A DNA stretch of 18,064 nt. Origin: Treponemataceae bacterium. GTDB taxonomy: Bacteria; Spirochaetota; Spirochaetia; Treponematales; Rectinemataceae. The notes below the pieces were generated by a model. The model saw nothing but the letters and a program-made list of their open reading frames with translations. It did not search any database and was not told where the DNA came from. The stretch covers positions 1-18,064 of the forward strand of contig CAXXGJ010000001.1 of assembly GCA_963677895.2 (NCBI GenBank), in the 5' to 3' direction. Both the position numbers and the translations under genes were made by a program. Positions within the stretch are counted from its first letter, which is position 1, and each line of letters begins with the position of its first letter. Of this stretch, positions 10,005 through 18,064 are shown in pieces.

Positions 10005-10961
10005 AGAGCGGTCATCCCCAAGGCTTGGCGCAGGCATTCGCCGACCAGGCTTGGCCTTTCGGCGGTGAAAACCCCGGCGGCTTTCAGGGCGGCTATCTTG
10101 TCCAGGGCCGAGCCCGCTGCCGCCCGAGACTATGGCGCCCGCGTGGCCCATGCGCTTGCCGGCCGGGGCATGCCTTCCGCCGATAAAAGCGACGACGGGT
10201 TTCGTAAAGCTGTCGGCTGCGAGCGCCTGGGCCACTTCCTCTTCCATGGTCCCGCCGAGTTCGCCGATGATGACCACCGCGTCGGTGCCGGAGTCGGCCT
10301 GGAAGTCCGGCAGGAGCTCGGCGAATCGGGTGCCCGGCACCGAGTCTCCGCCCACGCCGATGAGACTCGACACGCCGAAGCCTCCCGCCACGACCATGGC
10401 GGTGACTTCGTTGGTGAGGCTGCCGGACCGGGTCATGACGCCTATTCTCCCCGGTTTGTAGACCCGTTCGATCCAGTAGGGAAACATCCCCATCATGGCG
10501 AATCCCGGGCTTATGACGCCCGATGTATTGCCGCCAATCACCCTCGCCCCGCAGGATCGCGCCGCCGCGCGGATCTGGAGGGCCTCGTGGAGAGGTATGC
10601 CGTCGGCGATCGTGACAATCTTTTTAATGCCCGCGTCCAGGGCCTCAAAGACCGCGTCCTTGGTGAAGCGCGGCGGGACGAATAGCATCGCCGCGTCGGC
10701 CTCGTGGTGGACAAGAGCGCGCTTCAGGCTGTGGTAGACTGGCACTCCCGAGAAACCCGGCAGGCCAGGCCGCTCCGGCTGCCCCGGCCGGCTGGCCGGA
10801 ATCTTCGCGTCGGCGGCAGCGATGGCCCCTTCCTTGCCAGGGGTGACGCCCGCCACCACCCAGGTGCCGAGTTCGAGCATATGCTTGGTCCAAAACCCGC
10901 CTTCGTTGCCCGTGGCCCCGAAAACGACGACCCTTGTATCCCTATCGATGAAGATGCTCAT
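10001..10961 (-). CDS. sqwL: ADP-forming CoA ligase alpha subunit (SucD-like; predicted sulfoacetate-CoA ligase subunit); frameshift near 10113
   Basis: MSIFIDRDTRVVVFGATG, VAGVTPGK, LFVPP, TRSGSLTNE, IGVGGD, VIIGELGG and phospho-His motif RMGHAGA. Removing one G near 10113 gives ...GSALDKIAALKAAGV...QALGMTAL* with an ATGA overlap at 10001-10004. Symbol assigned by context and recall. Confidence 0.8.
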
Positions 10962-12092
10962 GCGCGGCCTCCGGTATTGCCGCGCGCCAGTGATACCGCC
11001 CTGGCCACGGCCGCCTCGGTGTCGGTCAGGGGATCCAGGCCGGCTGACTTCAAAGTGACGGCGGCCGCGTCCTCGCCGGTGCCGCGGATGCAGACGACGA
11101 TCGGGCATTTCGGCTTCAGCGCTTCCATAGCCTGGACTATGCCCTCGGCCATGACATCGGCTCGCGCAATGGTTCCGAACGTGACGATGAGAATGACCTT
11201 GGGATCATTCTTCACGCAGAGTTCCATCGCCTTGAGGCCCTTGCGGTAATTGGGACCGCCGAACTCGAGATAGTTGGCGACCCTGCCCCCCGCGTCGGCG
11301 ATGAGATCGTAGACGGTCGTCGTCAGGCCGGCCCCCGCGCACATGAGGCTGATGTCCCCGTCGAATTGCAGATAGGGGATGCCTTCCTTTGCCGCTTCGA
11401 AAGCGATCTCGGAGTCGAAATAGTCCCTGTCCGGTTCCCATTCGGGATGGCGGAACATGGAGTTGTCGTCTATGGAAAGCTTGCCGTCCCCGGCGACGAG
11501 TTCCCCCGATTTCGTCACGAAAAGCGGGTTGATTTCGGCGAGCTCGGCGTCAAGGCTCCTGAAGACCTTAAAGAGCGATTCGACCACCTGGGCGAATTTT
11601 TTGGCGAGCTCGCCTTCCAGCCCCAGGCTGTAGGCGCAATTGCGCGCGGTAAAGGGGAGGAGCCCCGTATCGAGATCGACATATTCCCGCACGATTTTTT
11701 CGGGAGCTGGTGCGCGCCAGCGTTTCGATCTCGACGCCGCCATCGGCGCAGGCGAGGATGAGAGCCCTCGCGGAGAGAGGATCCACGGTGATCGATAGAT
11801 AGATTTCCCGGGCGATATCGACCGCTTTTTCCACGAGGATTTTCCGTACGCCATGCGGCGACTCGAAGAGCTCCCGCGCGACTTTTCTTGTCTCTTGAGG
11901 GTTATGCACTACCTTGATGAGCCCGGCCTTTCCCCTGCCGCCGCGCAAAACCTGCGACTTGAGAACGCAGGGAAAGCCGATGGCTACGGCCGCCTGTTCA
12001 GCCCCGGAGGAATCCGTCGCGATGCTCCCCTGGGGAACGCTCAATCCCCGCGCGGCGAAGATTTCCTTGGCCTGGTATTCGAAAAGCTTCAT
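10958..12092 (-). CDS. sqwK: ADP-forming CoA ligase beta subunit (SucC-like ATP-grasp; predicted sulfoacetate-CoA ligase subunit); frameshift near 11710
   Basis: MKLFEYQAKEIF, KSQVLRGGRGKAGLI, GGVEIE, AEINPL, DGKLSIDDNSMFRH, MCAGAGL, VANYLEFGG, VTFGTIARAD, IRGTG. Symbol assigned by context and recall. Confidence 0.8.
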
Positions 12093-12115
12093 CTGCTTCC
12101 TCTTGCGAACGCCGT

Positions 12116-13537
12116 CTAGCGTCCGAATTTAGTCCAGAGATTCCCGAAGATTTCCTCGTCGGAGGGGCGCGCGGGCTCGATGGGCATCGCGAGCCAGGTG
12201 ACATTGATGAACTGGCGCCAGTGGATGTTTTCCGTCGTGATATTGCCGCCCCAGGTGCCGCAGCCGAGGGTTACCGTGGAGGGCATGCCGTTGAAAAAGG
12301 CGCCGCCGTTGCCCGCGACCATGGGCTGGCGGACCATGATGCGGCTCGATTTCATCGTTTCGCCCATGCGGTTGATATAGGTTTCGTTGAAGGTGAAAAT
12401 TCCGGAAGAGTGGCCTGTGCCGCACGCGTCGGTGATGCGGACGACGAAAGATCGGCCTTCCTCGAAGCTGTCGCAGGGCAGGAGGGTGAGCACGGGCGAC
12501 AGTTTTTCGTGGAAGAACTTGTCCTCCTCGATGGCGCGTTCGCCTTCCACCATCAGGAATCTGGTGGCTTCGGGTACCGTAAAGCCCGCGCCCTGGGCGA
12601 TCGCGGCCGCGCTGTGGGCGATCACGGCGGGATTGAGCCCCTCGGCGCCGCTCTTGCCCCGAATCCATACCCAGGACCGCAGTTTCGCCTTCTCCTCGCT
12701 CGAACAGAGATAGCCGCCCTTGGACTTCAGCGCGTCGACAAAGGCCTGGTACACCGCGGTGTGGACGACAGCCGTATTTTCGCTCGAACAGGAAGTGGCG
12801 TTGTCGAAGCACTTGGACATGGAAATCTTGGCGGCCGCGTCCAGAGGATCGGCGTCCTCGCAGAGGAGCTGCACCGCGTTGCCGGGGCCGACCCCGTAGG
12901 CCGGCGTTCCGGAAGAGTAGGCTGCCTTTACCATGGCGCCCCCGCCGGTGGCCACCACCAGATCCACCTGGCGCATGAGCTCCCCGGTGAGTTCCACGGA
13001 AGGATTTTCGATGCACTGCACGAGGTCGGCGGGGGCGCCGGCCTTTACCAAGGCGGCTCGCATAAACTCGCAGGCGAGCCTGGTCGCCCCCTTGGCCTTG
13101 GGGTGCGGGGCGAAAATCACCGCGTTGGCTCCCTTCAGGATCGAAAGCCCGTTCGAAGCCGGCGTGGCCGTGGGATTGGTTATGGGCGCGAGGGCCCCCA
13201 CGACGCCTACCGGTTTCGCGTATTTGCGGATTCCCTTCGCGGCGTCGATTTCCATCAGGCCAACCGAGCGCGCGCCGCGGATATCCTTCAGCACGCCCAT
13301 CACCTTGTTCTTATGCTTGGTGACCTTGTCCTCGTAGACGCCCATACCCGTCTCGTCCACGGCGGCGCGCGCGAGGACGCGGATGTTCTCGTCCTTGTAC
13401 ACCGACCAGCCCACGTAGAAGACTACTTCGTCCAGGCGTTCCTGGCTCCAGGTTCCCGCGATCGCCTGCGCCGCTCTCGCCCTGGCCACCAGGCCCTCTA
13501 TGATCGCCCGGTTTTCGGCGGATTCATCCACGCTCAT
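12116..13537 (-). CDS. sqwD: CoA-acylating aldehyde dehydrogenase (predicted sulfoacetaldehyde dehydrogenase, SqwD/SauS-like), 473 aa
   Basis: Intact ORF. Motifs KPVGVVGALAPITNPTAT, IFAPHP, VATGGGAMVKAAYSSGTPAYGVGPGN, catalytic Cys in SKCFDNATSCSSEN, EKLSPVL, GHSSGI, TLGCGTWGGN. No fused alcohol dehydrogenase domain. Confidence 0.85.
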   Translation of the reverse strand: MSVDESAENRAIIEGLVARARAAQAIAGTWSQERLDEVVFYVGWSVYKDENIRVLARAAVDETGMGVYEDKVTKHKNKVMGVLKDIRGARSVGLMEIDAAKGIRKYAKPVGVVGALAPITNPTATPASNGLSILKGANAVIFAPHPKAKGATRLACEFMRAALVKAGAPADLVQCIENPSVELTGELMRQVDLVVATGGGAMVKAAYSSGTPAYGVGPGNAVQLLCEDADPLDAAAKISMSKCFDNATSCSSENTAVVHTAVYQAFVDALKSKGGYLCSSEEKAKLRSWVWIRGKSGAEGLNPAVIAHSAAAIAQGAGFTVPEATRFLMVEGERAIEEDKFFHEKLSPVLTLLPCDSFEEGRSFVVRITDACGTGHSSGIFTFNETYINRMGETMKSSRIMVRQPMVAGNGGAFFNGMPSTVTLGCGTWGGNITTENIHWRQFINVTWLAMPIEPARPSDEEIFGNLWTKFGR

Positions 13538-14006
13538 TTGAACTGCTCCGCCTCAAGCTCGATCACCTTGTTGAAGGCATTGGTGAGAAAATCCTTCTTG
13601 AACTCCATCTTCTGGGTGAAGGCCACGGCCAGCCAGGCATCGACGATCTCCTTCCCGAGGAAAGGAGCGGTGATCCAGCCGCCCATGGTGATGACATTGG
13701 CGTTGTTGACGATCTTCGCCCGCTCTCCGGAGAACAGATCGTCCACCACGCAGGCGTAGATTCCCTTGTGCTTGTTCGCGACGATAGCCATGCCCTGACC
13801 GGTTCCGCAGATCAGGATGCCCCTGTCGGCCTCACCCTTCTGGATAGCCCTGCAGACGAGAGGAGCCTGGGCGAAATAGGGGCTGGGCTTGTCGGCGCTG
13901 GGAATCCCCAGATCGAGCACTTCCACCCCTGCCTTGGTCCTCAAGTGGGCCACGATTTCCTCTTTGAGCGGAAACCCGAAAGATCCGACGCTATGGCGAT
14001 TTTCAT
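13534..14006 (-). CDS. sqwI: RpiB/LacAB family isomerase (predicted 4-deoxy-4-sulfoerythrose isomerase); frameshift near 13970
   Basis: Repaired sequence MKIAIASDLSGFPLKEEIVAHL...GEADRGILICGTGQGMAIVANKHKGIYA...NNANVITMGG. ATGA overlaps at both ends. Confidence 0.8.
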
Positions 14007-14964
14007 ACCTGCTTCCTTTTTCCTTTTCCCGCGACAAGCGATCTCGCCGCCGCCGCGATATCTTCGCCGAGAGACCGAATCTCTTCTTGAGCCAATCTTG
14101 CGTCCCCACCTCGCCGAACTCGTCGGCCACGCCAACCCTGGCGAGCCTGCAGCCTTGCAGGTCCGATTCGGCGATGAGCTCGGCCACCGCCGACCCCAGG
14201 CCGCCCATCTTCTGGTGGTTCTCCGCCGTCACGACGGCGCCCGTTTTCCCGATCCACTCGCCGATGAGCCCCGCGTCGAGCGGTTTCACCGATATGGCAT
14301 CGATGACCGCGGCTTCGATCCCCTCAGCCTCGAGAATCTTCGCCGCGGCGAGGGCTTCCGGAACCATGATCGCGCCGAGAGCGACGATGACCAGATCCTT
14401 GCCACCGCGCAGAAGCTTGCCTTTTCCCAGCTCGAAGGCCTCGCCTTCGGGATAGAGAGCCTCGATGGCCTTCCTGTGCAGCCGCAGATAGCCGACCTTG
14501 CCCGAGGCGGCCAGCTTCCGGACCAGGGCCTTGAGCGAAACGGGGTCCGAGGGCTCGACGATATCGATGCCGGGAACCATCCGCATTATGCCGAGGTCCT
14601 CAAAGGGCATATGCGTACCCCCGTTGAAGGCCGCCGATATGCCGGGGTCGGTGCCCACCAGCTTTACCGGCAGGCGCGCGTAGGCGCCGGACATGAAAAA
14701 CTGGTCGAAGGCGCGGCGCGAGGCAAAACAGCCAAAGGTCGCCGCGAAGGGGATCTTGCCTTCGGCGGCTAGACCGGCCGCCACGCCGAGCATGTTGGCT
14801 TCGGCGACGCCCACGTCGAAGGCGCGCTCGGGAAAAGCGGTCTTGAAGGGAGTAGTGCCCGTCGCCTTCATCAGATCGGCTTCCACCACGACGATGCGAG
14901 GATCTTCCTTCGCCAATTCCAAAAGGGTTTCGGTGTACGCCGCCCTCATTTCTTTCGCTGCCAT
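14003..14964 (-). CDS. sqwH: Transketolase C-terminal subunit (predicted sulfofructose transketolase subunit); frameshift near 14065
   Basis: GAGGAG RBS. Motifs MRAAYTETLLELAKEDPRIVVVEADL, FDVGVAEANM, FNGGTHMPFEDL, YLRLHR, VTAENHQKMGGLGSAVAE, FGEVG. Repaired end ...DIAAAARSLVAGKGKRKQV* at 14003. Confidence 0.85.
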
Positions 14965-14975
14965 CGCGGGCTCCT

Positions 14976-15846
14976 CTACCGGTCGAGCGCCGCGATGGCT
15001 TTCTTCGCGGTCTCGTAATCGAAATTCATGTTGTGGCTTCCTACCTGACCCTCGCAGAACTCGGCGCCCTTGCCTTTAATCGTGTCGAGAATGATCATGG
15101 TGGGCAGGGCGGCAGGACCTGCGGCGGCCTCCGTGGCCGAACCGGGCGCCCCTGGCCGCGCCCTCGACCGCGCGTTCTCGATGGCCGAGGCGATCGCCTC
15201 CAGGTCATGGCCGTCGATCCGCTCCACTTCCCAACCGAAGGCTGACCATTTGGCTTCAAGCGACTCGAGATTCATGATTTCGGAAGTCACCCCGTCGATC
15301 TGCATCTTGTTGCAGTCGGTGAAGGCGATGAGCCGGTCGAGCCTGTTGTGCGCGGCGAACATCGCCGCCTCCCAGACCTGGCCCTCGTTGGATTCGCCGT
15401 CGCCGATGATGGCGTAGGTGAAGACATCGCGCCCATCCATCCTGTTGGCGAGGGCGATTCCGCAGGCAGCGGAGATCCCCTGCCCCAGGGAACCCGTCGT
15501 CATGTCGATGCCGGGGGTCTTGTTCCGGTCGCAATGACTCGGAAGATTCGTGCCGCCCTTGTTGAGCGTATGGAGCCATTCCTCGGGGAAAAATCCCTTC
15601 ATCGCGAGAGCGCTGTACAGCGCTGGCCCCGCGTGCCCCTTCGAGAGCACCAGCCGATCGCGCCCGGGCCACCGCGGCCGCGCCGGATCGACCTTCATTT
15701 TCCCTGAAGTAGAGAACGGCAAGCAGATCGGCGATCGACAATGCGCCGCCAATATGCCCCACCCCGAGAAAACCAATCATATCGATCGTTTTCTTCCTGA
15801 TTTCCTTGGCCGCCTCTTCGAGTCGGCTCAGTTCCATGGAATCCAT
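14976..15846 (-). CDS. sqwG: Transketolase N-terminal (ThDP-binding) subunit (predicted sulfofructose transketolase subunit); frameshift near 15700
   Basis: GGAGG RBS before ATG 15846. Motifs GHIGGALSIADLLAVLYF, DRLVLSKGHAGPALY, LPSHCD, TTGSLGQG, ThDP motif GDGESNEGQVWEA...DCNKMQIDG, TIKGKG. Confidence 0.87.
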
Positions 15847-15882
15847 AACGCGGATACCCTCCATGCGCGCCAAAGGCGGCTA

Positions 15883-17199
15883 TTATTCGATGATTTCCCA
15901 GCCCAGAATCGAAGCGGCGATCTTGAGCGGCTCGATGAAATCGCCATAGACCACCGAAGCGTGATGGGCGACGCCCTTGTAGACGATGAGATCGAGCACT
16001 TCCCTCAGCGGCCTGTCGAAAACTGCCTTGAGATAGGTTCCCTTGAGCTCTTTCTGCATGGGCACTGCGCGCGCCCTCTGAAGGAAGACGCGCCGCTTGC
16101 CCCTCGCTGTATCGATGCGCGCGATGGAGAGCTCGCCTGATTTGAGGACAAAGTCGGCCGTCACACCCTTTCCTCCGGCGAAATAGGTATCCAAAGAGCG
16201 CACGGAGCAGCCGTCCCAGAGATTGCAGGGAGCCACGCCGCAGTGCCAGAAAAGCGCGAAGTTCTGCGCCAGGTCCACCCTGGGAAAAATCGAAGAGGTA
16301 GGGCGTCTCCGCGCCTATAGCCTGGTGGACAAGCATCGAGAGCGCGCCCCTCGAGGTCGCCCTCGCAGGCGAGAATCCTGCCCTCGGACTGGAGAAGCGA
16401 CATGGCCGCGCAGGGAGAGATGCCAAAGTCCCGGGCGAACTCGGGCCAGCAGCGCACGGCCAGGCCGAGAGCCTGTTGTTGGCCATGAAGGCGTCGAATC
16501 TGGCGGAGAGTTCCGCCACCTTGGCCACCTGGACGGACGTGACGCCTGAAACCTCGAATACCGAGCGAAGCTGCGCTTCCCGTTTCGCTATCGCCTCGGC
16601 GTTGGCGGGACTTGTGAACACATCGGAGAGCTCATAATGATCGACCAGGACACCCGTCGCCGCGTAGAGCGAGGGGATCGTCACTGAAAGATTGAAGAAT
16701 CCGTGCGCCCTGTAGCCGAGAAGCCCCACATGGGCAGTGCGCAGAGCCACGATGACGCGGATCGCGTCCACCCAGGTTTCGTCGATTTTGGGGCCGAGGT
16801 TCACCCTGTACTGGTCGACGCCCGCTTTGTAGAGATTGGACGCGTGAGATTGACGCCGCAGACCGAGTTGAGTCGGATCTTCCCCCCGTTGTAAGGGAGC
16901 TCGTCCAAACCCCAGAGGAGGAGCGGCACCTTGCAGCTTTTGTACATCTCGAGCGCGAGGTGACCAAGGTGAAAGGTCCCCGAAATGCAGACCAAGGCGT
17001 CGATACGCGCCCCCGCGAACTTTTCGCCCGCGCCTCGGGCGTCTTCGGGGCTGATAACGAGGCCGGGAACGATCTCCCAGTCCACCGCCTCGAGTTTTTG
17101 CACGTCGGCCTGAATCTCGGCGTAGAGACCTTCGGCCGCCTTGAAATCGAATGTTTCGCGTGCCAGGCATACAAGACCCAATCGTATCCTCTGCTTCAT
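15883..17199 (-). CDS. sqvD: L-fucose/L-arabinose isomerase family protein (predicted sulfoquinovose isomerase, SqvD/SftI-like); frameshifts near 16845, 16465, 16350, 16280
   Basis: GGAG RBS. Repaired sequence MKQRIRLGLVCLARETFD...SGTFHLG...RLNSVCGVNL(N)ASNL...VGLLGYRAHGF...AVRCWPEF...ACEGDLEGALSM...FWHCGVAP...GVAHHASVVYGD; CEGD, WHCG and HH are the metal-site motifs of the family. Substrate inferred from context. Confidence 0.8.
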
Positions 17200-17213
17200 G
17201 GCATTGCTCCGTA

Positions 17214-17234
17214 TTATTTTCTTATTGTAAGTAA
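17214..17234. promoter_or_regulatory. Palindromic operator (candidate ROK repressor site 2)
   Basis: TTATTT-tcttattgt-AAGTAA on +, equal to TTACTT-N9-AAATAA on -, 15 bp upstream of the isomerase ATG. Confidence 0.68.
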
Positions 17235-17258
17235 GTATCAAAAACGCGAATTCGTCAA
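17229..17258 (-). promoter_or_regulatory. Sigma70-type promoter of the catabolic operon
   Basis: Minus strand reads TTGACG (17258-17253) aattcgcgtttttGATACTTACTT in an AT-rich island. The exact -10 hexamer is ambiguous. Confidence 0.55.
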
Positions 17259-17346
17259 CTGCTTTTTTAGAGGGCCGTATGAAAATGAGCGAAATTTCGC
17301 CGAAGCGGGAATTTTGGGGGAGCGGGGTCAGTTCCGGATCAATCCC

Positions 17347-18064
17347 TCAGCTCAGGAAGGAGTCGAGGACGAGATCGGCCGCTCCGCGGAGGGCAAAATG
17401 AAGGTTATATGCCCTGCCGAACACCTTGGGCTTGATCATATCGAAACTGGAAGCTTCGCGGCCTAGCTTTTCCATCGTGCGGCGGGCCAGCTCCGCGGCG
17501 ATCGGCTCCGAATTGGCGATGAGAAGGAAGGAAGCGGGGCGGAAAAGACGGCTCGCCGTCTGGAGAGCGCCCGAAATGTATCCAGCGGCGGCCGAGAGCG
17601 TGGCGTCGGAGGAAGGGTCCTTCGGATCCAGGCCTTCGAAGAGCCAGTTGCCCCGGCGCAGGTTCTCGCTGTCCATCGAGGTGATGAAGGCTTCCAGGCA
17701 CCCCTGGCGCCGCAGACGCAGAGAGGTCCTTCGTAATCGATGCAGATATGACCCATCTCTATCGTCGTTCCCCGAGGGCTCATGAATACCCGGCCCTCAT
17801 CCACAAAGGCGCCATTCACCCCCGAGCGGAGGAGGAGCATGAACATCGACTCCTCGGTTTTCAAAGAACCATAACGATATTCGCTCTGGGCGATGACGGA
17901 GCAATTATTGTGGAGGAAAATGCGCAGACCCAGCTTTTTTTCGAGGATTCCAGCGATTGGATAGTTCTTCATGCCCGGAATCCGCGGGTACGAGACGATG
18001 AGCCTTTCGCCTATGTCCACCTGACCCGGAGCCCCAATACCCACGCCGACAATCAATTCCCTCG
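17347..18064 (-). CDS. ROK family protein, probably a transcriptional repressor (N-terminus outside window); frameshift near 17702
   Basis: GVGIGAPGQVD; FLHNNCSVIAQSE (ND-like motif degenerate); LRSGVNGA; Zn motif EMGHICIDYEGPLCVCGARG(C)LE; C-terminal ALRGAADLVLDSFLS*. The HTH is not visible in the window. Confidence 0.82.

Noticed and set aside
8547..11108. 853-aa SucD-DASS transporter fusion ORF
   Set aside because: One extra G near 10113 explains it. Repair restores a normal SucD C-terminus ending in an ATGA overlap with the transporter start.
10001..12092. Housekeeping succinyl-CoA synthetase (sucCD)
   Set aside because: The acid-binding motifs diverge and the context is sulfoglycolytic, with no TCA-cycle genes nearby.
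6041..13759. Long antisense ORFs (e.g. 6041..7387 -, 12221..13759 +)
   Set aside because: Shadow ORFs opposite well-supported genes, expected in high-GC DNA, with no recognisable motifs.
13534..14964. 476-aa transketolase-RpiB fusion ORF
   Set aside because: Two single-base deletions (near 14065 and 13970) bypass the real stop/start at 14003-14006. The linker is out-of-frame sequence and RpiB has its own start MKIAIASD.
12116..17199. Fucose/rhamnose or propanediol microcompartment pathway suggested by the isomerase plus acylating ALDH
   Set aside because: No kinase, aldolase or shell genes, and no encapsulation peptide evident. The YihQ-specific motifs point to SQ instead.
17292..17315. Hairpin with cUUCGg loop downstream of the ROK gene as an intrinsic terminator
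   Set aside because: Only three GC pairs before an internal mismatch and a weak U-tract; too weak to call.
1665..17702. Programmed frameshifting or phase variation as the cause of the broken frames
   Set aside because: Breaks are too many, go in both directions, and sit in short runs without slippery heptamers or long tracts.

Overview
GC-rich bacterial window with about 20 single-base indels, mostly in homopolymer runs, which look like uncorrected long-read errors. They fragment most genes and create two false fusion ORFs. After manual frame repair, 2.57-18.06 kb is a complete, apparently co-regulated sulfoquinovose (SQ) catabolic locus of the sulfoglycolytic transketolase (sulfo-TK) type, sulfoacetate-forming variant, arranged as two convergent operons. 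The + operon encodes a CUT1 ABC binding protein, two permeases and a YihQ-type GH31 sulfoquinovosidase. The - operon encodes a fucose-isomerase-family SQ isomerase, a split transketolase, an atypical RpiB, a CoA-acylating aldehyde dehydrogenase, SucC/SucD-like ADP-forming CoA ligase subunits, a DASS/SLC13 transporter and a DUF4867 protein. A ROK-family regulator lies upstream of the - operon. Both operon promoters carry the same TTACTT-N9-AA(G/A)TAA palindrome exactly 18 bp after a TTGAC -35 box, a candidate ROK operator. The first 2.4 kb is the end of a probably unrelated operon: a DctM-like permease, a 51-aa membrane protein missing from the ORF track, and a membrane-anchored M14 desuccinylase-like hydrolase. 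Family and pathway assignments come from motif recognition and recalled literature; no searches were run.
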